From the human T2T-CHM13v2.0 reference genome, Homo sapiens: a stretch of DNA of 64,000 nucleotides. The notes below the pieces were generated by a model that was not told where the DNA came from, did no database searches, and was given only the letters and a program-made list of their open reading frames with translations. Location of the stretch: assembly GCF_009914755.1 (NCBI RefSeq), contig NC_060927.1, one strand, 5' to 3'. The translations under genes were made by a program, and so were the position numbers. Position 1 is the stretch's first letter. The number at the start of each line of letters is the position of its first letter. This document shows, in pieces, positions 26,524 through 38,685 of this stretch.

Positions 26524-27448
26524 CTGCCCATGAATTTTTTGGGTGGTCTAATTTTACTTATAACCGACTTCAGTCCGGCTGTCAGTGATCAGCCATTTCC
26601 ATTACCATTCATTTCTTAAGGCCTGACTTCAATTTTATGTACCTCATACACTTCAACTTTAAAGACACCTCCCTTTAGTGTTCTATCTTTACTTAGCTCC
26701 CATGTGACCTCATGGCACTATTCTACATTGACCTCATGCTACTTTCTTTGGTGGTTATTTCTATGAATAGCTCAGTTCTTTATTGGATTTTAATCATGTT
26801 GAATTTGCCATAACAAACTTGACCATGAAGACTCACATTACCTATACAATGGATTTTCTCACCAATAGGAATCATTGATATTCAAAGTCAAGAGTTAAAT
26901 CCCGGAGCTCACTACAGTTCCCCCAGGATACAATCTCAACTGAATTTCCAGAGAATGTAAAATTGGATTGCTCTTCCTTCATATTTGCATTCCCCAAGCT
27001 ATCTTTACCAAGATGTCTGAGACTGGTTCCAATAACTGAAATTAAACTCAACTCTGATCTTGTCTTGGTGGATTGGATATAGGGAAGTTGTACTTCCTCC
27101 ATCATATATTTAAGGAAATTAAGGAACAAAGGAGTAGCAAAAGTGGTATCGTGAGACTACTCATGGAATGGTGAGAAATAATTTCCTCAAACTTTCTACT
27201 GTCCCAGAGTAATGAGGTAGAGTATCTGATTAGACATTTATTTTTCCTGCCGCTCAGAATGCCCTTTTCATTCTTCATTTTTACTAATCAAAATCTGATT
27301 TAATATCTGAGATATGGCTTAAATGATATCACTTTCATTATTAAATCATTGCTGATCAACCTTCCCTACACAACTCTTTTTTACATCTTTAAAAATAATC
27401 AAATATATAGACTTTTTCACATTTTAGAATATTAATTTTTCTTATTTT

Positions 27449-27612
27449 GAGGGATAGCATTGGGAGATATACCTAATGCTAGATGACGAGTTAGTGGGTG
27501 CAGCACACCAGCATGGCACATGTATACATATGTAACTAACCTGCACAATGTGCACATGTACCCTAAAACTTAAAGTATAATAAAAATAAATAATAAATAA
27601 AAAAAATAAAAT
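27449..27612 (+). mobile_element. Young 5'-truncated L1 3' end (L1PA2/3-like)
   Basis: GGGAGATATACCTAATGCTAGATGACGAGTTAGTGGGTGCAGC...CTTAAAGTATAATAAA plus an A-rich tail; very close to the young L1 consensus. Confidence 0.93.
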
Positions 27613-27771
27613 AAGAAACGAAACAGTGACTGATCCTAGTGAGTCTGTGAAATGTGAGCCCTCTGACCAAGAATTCAAAATAGAAGTTTAAGGGAAACCC
27701 AGTGATCCAATATAACATACACACAAAACTCAATTCAGAAATATATCAGAAAAATACAAAGAAGAGATTGA

Positions 27772-28080
<309 letters not shown>

Positions 28081-28952
28081 GGAAAATAAAGAAACATTTA
28101 ACAAAGAAATTGAAATAATAATAAAAAATCAAACAGAAATCTTACAAGTGAGAAATAAATTTGCTGAGCTGAAAAGTTCTTTAGAGGCTTACAACAGCAG
28201 AATGGATCAAGTAGTGAAAATAATCAGTGAGCTTGAAGACAGATTATTTGAAAATACACAGTCAGAGGAGAAGAAAGAATGCAATTGAACAAAGATTGCC
28301 CAGAAGATAAAGAAAATGTCTTCAAATGACCAAATATAAGAATTATTAGTATTCAAGGGGGACTCCAGTAAGAGCAAGGGATAGAAAGCTTATTCAAGGA
28401 AATGGTAACAGAAAACTTTCCAAAACTTGAGAAAGAGATAAATATCCAGTTCCAGGAAGATCAAAGAGCACCAAACTGATTTGACCCAAATAACTACCCC
28501 AAAAATATAATAAAACTCTCAAAGGTCAAGGACAAAGAGGGGCTTTTAAGAGCAGCAAAAGAAAAGAAGAAAATAACACATAAAGAAGCCCCAGTTCATC
28601 TAGAAACACAAGTCTCAATGGAAACCATATAGACTAAGAAGAAGTGAGATGGCTTTTTCAAAGTAAAATATTGCTATACAAAAATACTGTATCCAACAAA
28701 TCTATCCTTAATTATAAAGGAGAGATAAAGTATGTCCTAGACAAACAAAAGCTGAGAGAATTCACTGCCACTATACCTGCATTACAAAATTGGCTAAAAG
28801 CAGTTTTTCACTCTGAACGAAAAAAACACTAATATGCCGAAAGAAAACATTTTAAGGTATAAAACCCACAGGTAGAATTAAGTACCTGGACAAACTCAGT
28901 ATAATCTAACATTGTAAGTATGGTATACAATACACTCATAACTCGTGAAGCC

Positions 28953-29498
28953 TGTGATGGTTAATATTGAGTGTCAACTTGATTGGGTTGAAGGATGCAA
29001 ATTATTGGTTCTGGGTTTGTCTGTGAGGGTGTTGTCAAGGCAGATTAACATTTGAATCAGTGGACTGGGAGAGGCAGATCTACCCTCACTATGTGGGCAT
29101 CATCTAATCAGCTGCTAGTGTGGCTAAAAAAAAAAGCAGACAGAAGAAGTTGGAAAGAGCAGACTTGCTGTGTCTTCTGGCTTTCATCTTTTTCTCATAT
29201 GGGATGCTTCCTGCCCTCCAACATTGGACTCTACGTTCTTCAGATTCTGTACTCTTGGACACCAGTGGTTTGCCAGGGGCTCCTGGGCCTTCAGCCACAG
29301 ACTGAATGCTGCACTGTTAGGCTTCCCTACTTTTGAGGTTTTGGGACTTGGACTGGCTTCCTTGTTCCTCAGCTTGCAGATGGCCTATTGTGAGACTTCA
29401 CCTTGTGATTGTGTGAGTCAATACTCCTTAATAAACTCCCGTTCATATATACATCTATCCTATTAGTTCTACCTCTCTAGAAAACCCTTACTAATACA
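28953..29498 (+). mobile_element. MLT2A1/2 solo LTR (HERV-L)
   Basis: TGTGATGGTTAATATTGAGTGTCAACTTGATTGG...CTAATACA with a perfect TSD AAGCC. Confidence 0.93.
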
Positions 29499-30379
29499 AA
29501 GCCCAAAGGAAAAATCTATAGAAACAATAATTAAAAGATAGGCAATAAAAGCTATGCAAATTAGACAATACCAAGTCAAAATGTGGGAGAAATGGAGTTA
29601 AAGTATAAAGTTGTTTTTCTTTTTTTCCCTATTTTTGGTCAGTTTGTTTCTATTCTTTTCTTTGTGATCTAAGTTAAGTTGTCAACTTTTTAATATAACT
29701 TGTTATATCTATGAGGTGTTCTTTGTAAGTCTCATGGTAACCACAATACAAAAACCTATAATAGATTGACTAAACATGAAAAGCAATGAATTAAAAAATA
29801 CTACCAGAGAAAATCACTAAGCCACAAAGAAAGACAGTAAGAAAGGAAGAAAAGAAGAGAGGAGGCATGCACAAAAGATGACAGAAGTAAGTCCTTACTT
29901 ATCAACAATAACACTAAGTGGATGCAATTCTCCAAATAAAAAAACGTAGGATGAAGAAACAACACGCAAGTCTACACTGTCTGCAACACTCAAGTCTATG
30001 CTGTCTACTTCACCTACGAAGACACTTATAGACTGAAAGTGAAGAGATGGAAAAAATATTTGATGCAACTGGGAACCAAAAACCAGTAGCTATAATTATA
30101 TGAGATTAAATAGATTGCAAATCAAAGATTGTAAAAAGATAATAAAATGGTAACTATATCATGATAAACAGGTCAATTCAGTAAGAGGAAATAAGAATTC
30201 TATATATATATGCACCCAACATCAGAGTTTCCAAGTATATAAAGCAAACATTAATAGATATAAAGGAAAAGGTAGACTACAATACAGTAAATGTAGGGAG
30301 TTTCAACATTCCTCTCTCAGTAATGAATGAATCATCCAGACAGAAAATGAACATAGAAAGAGCAAAGTTAAACTACATA

Positions 30380-30734
30380 TGTATTAATTTGTTTTCATGC
30401 TTCTGATAAAGACATACCTGAGACTGGGCAAGTTAAAAAAGAAAGAGGTTTAATTGTACTTACAGTTCCATGTGGCTGGGGAAGCCTCACAATGATGGCA
30501 GAAGACAAAAAGCAGCAAGTCAGGACTTACATGGAGGCAACAGGCAAAGAAAGAGAGCTTGTGCAGGGGAAGTCCTCTTTTTAAAACCATCAGATCTCAT
30601 GAGACTTATTTACTATCACAAGAACAGCACAGGAAAGCCTTGCCCCATTATTCAATTACCTTTCACTGGGTCCTGCCCACAATACATGGGAATTCAAAAT
30701 GAGATTTTGGTGGGGACACAGCCAAATCATATTA
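30380..30734 (-). mobile_element. THE1 solo LTR (MaLR)
   Basis: Reverse THE1 termini with a perfect TSD ACATA. Confidence 0.93.
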
Positions 30735-31255
30735 ACATACTAGACAAAATAGGCTTAACTGACATTTACATTTCACTAACTGGTGCAGAATACACATTAT
30801 TTTCATCAGTACATGGAACATTCTCCAGAATAGATCATGTTTTAGGCCACAAAACAGGTCTCAGCAAATTCATAAAAGTAGAAATCACATCAAGTTTCAT
30901 TTCTGACTGTAATGAAATAAAACCAGAAATCAACAACAAGAGGATTATAAGAAATTACACAAACACATGGAAATTAAATGACATGCTTGGAACAATAATA
31001 TGTCAATGAAGAAATTAAGAAGAAAATTGAAAAGTTTTTTGAAACAAATGGAAATGGAAATACAACATACCCAAATCTTTACAATACAGCAAAAACAGTA
31101 CTAAGAGGGAGGTTTATAGCAACACATGCCTACATAAAAACAGTAGAAAGACTTCAAATGAACAACCCAATGATGTACCTCAGGGACCTAGAAAAGCAAA
31201 ATCAAACCAAACCCAAAATTAGTGGAAAAGAAGAAATCATAACAATCAGAGTAGA

Positions 31256-31558
31256 GGCTGGGCATAGTGGCTCATGTCTGTAATCACACCACTTTGGGAT
31301 GCCAAAACAGGAGGATTGCTTGAGCCCAGGAGTTTGAGATTAACTTGGGCAACATCACAAGGCCTCATCTCAACAAAAAATAAAAAAATTAGCCAGCCAT
31401 GGTGATGCACACCTGTAGTCCAAGTTACTCAGGAGGCTGGGGCAGGAGGATCCTTTGAGCCCAGGAGTTCGAGGCTGCAGTGAGCTATGATCTTGCCACT
31501 GCACTATAGCCCGGGAGATAATTTGAAACTCTGTCTCTAAAATAAATAAATAAATAAT
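31256..31558 (+). mobile_element. AluJ without TSD
   Basis: Full dimer with a (TAAA)n tail. Confidence 0.92.
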
Positions 31559-33527
31559 TAATATTGTTAAAGTGTCTATTCTACCCAAAGCAATTTGCAG
31601 ATCCAATGCAACCCTATCAAAATACCAATGACATTCTTCACAGAAATAGAAAGACCAATCCTACACTTTATATTGAACCGTAATAGACCCCTAATAGCCA
31701 AAGCAACCCTGAGCAAAAAGCAAAACTGGAGGCTTCACATTACCTGACTCCAAAATATGCCACAAAGTTACAGCAACCAAGTCAACATGATACTGGTATA
31801 GGCACAGACAGATAGACCAAGAAAACAGAATAGAGAACATAGATATAAATCCACAAATCTATAGTCAACTGATTTTGGACAAAGGTGCCAAGAACATACA
31901 ATGTATAACCACATTCAGAAGAATAAAACTAGATCCCTATCTCATACCCTCTACAAAACTCAACTCAAAATGTATTAAAGACTTAAAGGCAGGATCTGAA
32001 ACTCCAAAGCTACTGGAAGGAAACATTGGGGAAACAATCCAGGACATTGCTCTGGGCAAAGATTTTTCATGTGAGACCTCAAAAGCACAGGCAACTAAAG
32101 CAAAGATACACGAATGGCATTATGTCAAGCTAAAAAGCTTCTGCACAGCTAAGGAAACAATCAATAAAGTAAAGAGGCAACCAACAGAATGAGAAAAGAA
32201 AGGATTAATAACCAGAATACAAAAAGGGCTTAACCAACTCAGTAGCAAAATAACAATAATAATTTGATTAAAAAAATGGACAAAAGATCTGAATAGACAC
32301 TTCTCAAAAGAAGACACACAAATGTCCAACAGGTAAATGAAAAATGCTTAAAATAACTAAACATCAGAGAAATGCAAATCAAACGCACAATGATATATCA
32401 CCTCAACTCGGTTAAAATGGCTTCTATGAAAATGACCGGGAACAACAAATACTAACGAGCATGTGGAGAAAGGGAATTCTTGTACACTGTTGGGAATGTA
32501 AATTAGAACAATTACTATGAAAAATTGTATTTAAATTATTCAAAAATAATACAGAACTACCATATGATCCAGCAATTACACTACTGGATGGAATAAATAT
32601 ACAAAAGGAAGGAAGTCAGTACATTGCAGAGACATCTGCACTCCCATGCTTATGGCAGCATTATTCATAATAGCCAAAATATGGAATGAATCTAAGTGCC
32701 CATCAATGGATGAATAGATAAAGAAAATGTAGTATGTATACACAATGAAATATTATTCACACATTAAGAAGAATGAAATTCTTTCATTCACAGAAACATG
32801 GGTAGAACTGGAGGTTACTATGTTAAGTGAAATAATTCAAGCACAGAAGACAAATATCATATGTTCTCAATCATATAATGGAGGTAAAAGAGCAGATCCC
32901 ATAAAGACAGAAAGTAGATTGCTGGTTTCCAGAGTCTGAGAAGGCTAAGAGGGAAAGGGGATAAAGAAAGGTTAATTAATACATACAAATATACAGTCTG
33001 ATAGAAGAAATAAGACCTGGTGTTAGACAGATCAGTAGGGTGACTATAGGTTACAATCATCTAGTGTAAGTTTCAAAAAGCTAAAAGAAAATTATTCAAA
33101 TGTTTCTAGCATAACAAAAAGAAAAATATTTACGAATTATTTAATGTAAGGTAATGTATTTGAATTACATTCCTTTGATCTTTACAAATTATATGAATGT
33201 ATTATATTATCACATGTGCCCAGAAAATATGTACATCTATTATATATCGATAAAAATTTTAAAAATTAAAGCAATAATACAGAACTTCAGTTTTGGCAAT
33301 ATGGAGAACTAGAGTACCTGAAAGCTCTCATGCTACAAAAATTTCCCTCTACAATTATTAGATAGTGTATAAGTAGGCTTCCTATTAAATATGTAAATAA
33401 CTTCACAAGAAATAAGGAAAATTTCTATGATCCCTAAACAAGAGGCAACTGAAAACCAGAACATTAACTACATGAGTAACCATGAGGTTACTCTGGAGGG
33501 CCTGGAGTTTATCTTAATAATCTGGGG

Positions 33528-33752
33528 TAATGTTCTCAATTGGGGGCAATTTTCCCCACACAGTGACATTTGGTAAAGTACGGAGACATTTTGGTTGACA
33601 CAAGTGGGAGGAGGTGTACTATCGGCATCTTGTAAGTAGAAGGCAGGATTGCTGCTAAACTTTCTACTAAGCACAGGATACAACCTTCTACCCCCACCAC
33701 TAAACAATTATCCATCCCAAAATATCGCTGGTGTTGATGTGGAGAAGCCCTG
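33528..33752 (+). mobile_element. MER20 (hAT-Charlie)
   Basis: GTTCTCAATTGGGGGCAATTTT...GGAGACATTTTGGTTG...GAGAAGCCCTG. Confidence 0.85.
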
Positions 33753-33819
33753 CTTTAGGGACTTTAATATTAATATTCACAGCTGAAGATGGGAGAGAAC
33801 CTCTTGAGCTAATGAGATA

Positions 33820-34142
33820 CAGCAGGTCCTCAAATAATGTTATTGTGTTTAGTGTTATTTTGCTATAATGTTGATGAGAAAAAAAACCGATTCCTGTAAG
33901 ATATATCAGTTCTTTAAGATAGATTGTCTTACTTGTTTTTATTAATCTTTGAAAAATGTGTGTCTAGCTCACATTTATTTCAATGTCTCACATTAGAATT
34001 TTGTTGACGTTCTTGTGACCAAAAATATGCCTTAGGAACTTAACTCTTGTTTTTAACAATTGGCCTAAAGGAAAATTGGTTTTGCTATATGTCTTTTCAT
34101 TTAAAGTTACAGTTTTCAAGTATGTTAGGTGAGAGCTTACAG
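33820..34142 (+). mobile_element. MER6-family TcMar-Tigger relic
   Basis: CAGCAGGTCCTCAAATAA...GTTGATGAGAAAAAAAACCGATTCC, flanked by TA dinucleotides. Confidence 0.8.
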
Positions 34143-35451
34143 TATAGGGAGTTAGAACTGAGATACCCATACATTATAAGGTCAGGAACTTTTCCGGGCT
34201 AACCCACAGTGAACTGCACAACTAGAAAAATGTCTGCTATCTAAGCAAAAAGGAACTTCTGTGTTTGGACTGGGCCCTGAAAATTTGTAGCCATAATCTG
34301 CCATTAGGTATGTCTGCATTTCAGCCATCTTCTGTTATTAGATCGTGCATAATCCCTAGCCATAAACTTGACTCCGCTGCAGTAAAACCGTTGGGAGTCA
34401 AGCACAAGCAAGCACAAAGAGCACTGGAGAAAGATATCTTCAACACAGACACACATATATAAGGCTCAGTGAAGATGAACTCCTGATCACAACTATAAAA
34501 ACACACCATGAGCGTGAGTTTGTAGACATTAAATAGAACAGAAGGATTCAAACCACACGCATTTCAGGTAACAATTTTTTTCTAGACATTGTATTTTCAA
34601 TAGACGTACTTAAAATAATTAATGATAGGAGATTTAGAAATGAGAGAAAAGAAGCTGTTATTAAAATGACAACAATGACCACCATAAATGGATGGGGTAA
34701 TATTCAGAGTAAATGGCTGAATTTATTTCACTTTTAATAAAATAAATGAATTGTCATTATGAGTCTTGACAAAGATAAATCTAAATAAGTACATATCAAA
34801 AAGCATGGTAGTAAAACTGCAGAGGACTGAAGGGAAAGAAAAACGAAAAACTAAAAACATCTCTTAAAAGTAACTAGAGAAACAAAGATAAGGCCAAACA
34901 TAGAATAATTAGTCCAACTGCAGGTTTCTCAATGGCCATATTAGAAAGCATGTGACAATGAATATCATCAAAGTACATTGAGAAAATAGTTGTCAACCTG
35001 GTATTTTATATTCTGAACACATGAAGATATTTTCAAACAACATTTTTTAAGTGTAGCTTGCTAAAAAGGTAAGAATTTGGTTATCAACTCTATTTGACCC
35101 AAATTTGAAATTTTAAAATCTTCAATGTCAATCCCCACTTCAAATCTATTATGTTAGGATCTCTTTGGGTGTGACTGAGTCCCTAGTATTTTTTTAAAGC
35201 CCTATAAATGATTTCAACATCCAACTGAATTTGAGAACCACTGTAGTTGACACAATATTTTAGCGGGCAAGAAATAAAACCCCAAAGGAAGGTAGAAGTA
35301 AACAAAAAAGTGGCAAATAAACCATTGTTGAACACATAACAATTGTCATAGCAATAATAACTATATTTATGTAATGTATATGTCTCCATATACATTTGTT
35401 TATATATTTATTTAACCTATCTATAGTTATACTGCAAAATAAACCTGAAGC

Positions 35452-37125
35452 GATAATAAAGACTTCCCATTTATAGACTACATTTTCTAATAATAATTGA
35501 ATTAAAATTCTAAAAATTAGCCCAAAATATCCATATTCCAGAATTTCAGATGCAAACATTTAAACACTCGTGAATCAAAAGAATCATGAGAAAAGAGGAA
35601 ACATTTAAATTAGAGTGACTATGGAAATATTTGTCAGAAATGATGTGATTCATTTGAATTAATGTGATATCTAATTATAGGTGTCAACTTGAATGGATGA
35701 AGGAATACCAGGAAACCTAGTAAAGCATTTATTTGTTGGGTATATCTCTGAGGGTATCTCTGGAGGAAATTAGCCTATGAGTCTGACTAGACTAGGCGGG
35801 AATAATCTACCCTTAATGAACATGGGCACTATCCAAACTTCCTGGGGCCCAGAGAGAACAAAAACAGAAAGGCCAATATGTTGATATGTCTTCTGGAGAT
35901 CGGACGCATCCTTCCTCTCCTGTCTACCTGTCTATCCATCTTATTGGTTCTGTTTCTCTGGAAAACCCTAATACAAATAGTGTTTAAAGGGAAATTTAGA
36001 ATTTTACAAGGTTTTATGTGAAAAAAAATAGATAATTATTGACAAAAATTTCTATACTTTCTATTTTAAGATTTCTAAGACACTTTGAACAATAAAACAA
36101 TAAATCCAAATAAATGAGGAGGAAGAAAATAATTAAGATGAAAATATAATTGAGAACAAAGAAAAAATAGAGAGGATATATAATATTAAATGCAGATTCT
36201 CTGAAAAGTCCAATAAAAACTACAAATCTCTGACAAACTGATTAAGAAAACTGCAGAGAAAATACCAATAGATTCTGCTCAGATTAGTAAAACAGTAAAT
36301 AGATAATAAAATGTATAATCATATAGAATATAATTTAAAAACTTTGTCAATGAATTTGAAAATTCTAAGGAAGTAAACTAATTTCTTTAAAGTCATAATA
36401 TAGAAAAATTGAAGAAGAAATGATAATCAATTTATAACCATTAAATAGACTGAATAAGAATATTGTAATTCTTTAAAAAGGTATTACATATACTGATATA
36501 ATAGGCAAGTTTTATCAAATATTTCAATATATCAAAATTTTGATGGTAAAATACATAATTCTTTATGTATATGTAAAATTCTTAGATATTTTTCCAGTAT
36601 AAATTTATGATTAAGTTCATTGAAGTATTGTGTTTTAAAGAAAAAATATAGAAAAAAACCCCTTAATTATGCAATAATAAGAAAATGAGTAAATTCTAAT
36701 ACATTTTAGGAATAGAATACCATAAATAATGAAATAAATTAGAGCTCAATGGATAAATGAAAATAGACCCCAAAGCAATGATATTGAGTAAAATAATAGT
36801 AATCTGAAGAAGCATACATATAGTGGCCTTTTTGATATTTATGACATTTCTGGCAACTGTACCATATAAAGGCCTGAGTCAGAAAAAATAAAAACAAAAC
36901 CTTGACCCCATTTAGAAAATATTCAATAGCATGTTTGCGTGTTATTAAATAACATGTTATTAAATAATTTAAATGTTTTCTCTTTTCTCATGATTCTTTT
37001 GATTCCTGAGTGTTTAAATATTTGCATCTGAAATTCTGGAATATGGATATTTTGGGCTAATTTTTAGAATTTTAATTCAATTATTATTAGAAAATGTAGT
37101 CTATAAATGGGAAGTCTTTATTATC
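35452..37125. repeat. 161-bp inverted repeat (35452-35612 vs 36965-37125)
   Basis: Manual reverse-complement alignment gives 4 mismatches. Confidence 0.95.
35663..35975 (+). mobile_element. MLT2 (C/D-like) LTR, internally deleted
   Basis: TGTGATATCTAATTATAGGTGTCAACTTGA...TTGGTTCTGTTTCTCTGGAAAACCCTAATACA. Confidence 0.85.
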
Positions 37126-38554
37126 CTTTCATAACATGCATGTTATTAAATAACATGCAAACACATTATATATGTTTATGTTTTCAAATACAAATATACA
37201 TAATGTAAATATGGTATGGCCTATCCCATCCAAATTTAGGATGTTCATTAGCTCTTAGGAGAAGAAGGGAATCACAAGGAGGAGTTTGTAGGAGGCTCCA
37301 ACTGTATTCCTAATGATTTATTATTTCAAAAATATAAAAATTGATAAATGTATGCAAAATGTTACATTTAAACAAAGATGGTGGGTGTATGAATATTTAT
37401 GATATTTTTCTGTGTATTTTTTAGGCTTATGGTACTTCCAAATATTAAAAGAAAGGAATACTGCTTTTTTTAAAAGCACCTATAACTAAAATTATGTGTG
37501 AGAGAGTTAATTTTAAAGCCAAAACATCCATATAAATATAGTTGTTCAAATTTACTTCACAAAACTGTGCCAACTTGAAAACCCTCTTCCCCAAACTAAA
37601 GTCAACTGATTTATTTGCAGAACTCAGCGGTGCATGACGCAGTCAGCAACCTCTTAGCCTTAGTCTGCAACGCTAGCACCCCGGGAGACCAGCCATTGCA
37701 CTGCTTCCCTCCAGATTAGGTCTAGAGAGCCTGAAGCGTTCATGGGTGAAATGGACACATACAGAGGCTCTCCTTGGCTTGGTTTAATGTTTCATTTGGT
37801 GCCAAAAAGTATTATACTTTCATTCCACTTACATTCTTCTTCTATTTGTGCATGACTGAAAAATCTATTAAGTGTCAAAGAAGATCACTGAAAAGAAACT
37901 AATATCACTCAAACTAAAATTTATTTTTACTGTAATTCACCAACATTTTTTCTCTTACTGCATTTTGATTGAAATCTAGGTCACAGTACAGTTCAACTTA
38001 TCCGTTGCAATGCCAAATATTTATAGATAGCAATTGCTCAACCTCAACTTTCCATCTATTAACAAATTCTATGTGTAAAGTTATACATGTCAGTGGAACT
38101 GAAGCCCTCAGGTCTCACATTCAGCATATGAATAATTTATTATTGTTTTATTTTATACTCAAGCTGATTTTTCCTATAATTTTAAAAAATATACCACACT
38201 AGTTTATTTGCACTGACTAGATCATTATTCTTGTTGTCTTGGTGAGATTCTCCAGGGGGAATTCTAAGCAGAATTATTTAAATCCTCTTTGAGGTAGCGC
38301 TTACATCAATGATTGAGGCATGTCCACTTTGTCTTTCTTGTCTCTCTTTTCTAAAAATTCTTTCCATTCTCAGACCTCTTCCACACTTTCTACTATTTGC
38401 TAGAGGAAGTAGCTACCAGTGTAATCTTGGTTCAGTAAACTACACTGCAAAATTAGAATATTATGGCACGTAGAAGATTACCTAAAATCATTCAGATGAA
38501 AGTGGCTTTTGGGAATTTTGCATTGCCTTAACTTTGGGTTTTGTGCAATTATAA

Positions 38555-38685
38555 TTGTGTTATTGTACAGGATTAACAGAAGAATCTATCGCACAGGATT
38601 TCTATAAAGCCTCAATGCAATAATCCATAGTAAGTCATTTAGCTCAGGCTTTGGCACATATTTTCTATGCAACAAATGTTAATTT
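38555..38685 (+). mobile_element. MIR relic
   Basis: MIR 3'-like ATAATCCATAGTAAGTCATTTAGCTCAGGCTTTGGCACATA. Confidence 0.5.

Larger units (their letters stand above)
34440..37450 (+). mobile_element. Highly degraded L1ME-like relics (ORF1, ORF2 pieces, 3' end)
   Basis: ORF1-like TGTCAACCTGGTATTTTATATTC; 3'UTR-like GCAAAATGTTAC...GGTGGGTGTATGAATATTTAT; A-rich + strand. Confidence 0.6.

Noticed and set aside
30470-31009. 179-aa ORF
   Set aside because: Chance read-through from antisense THE1 into an L1 endonuclease remnant, with a non-ATG start.
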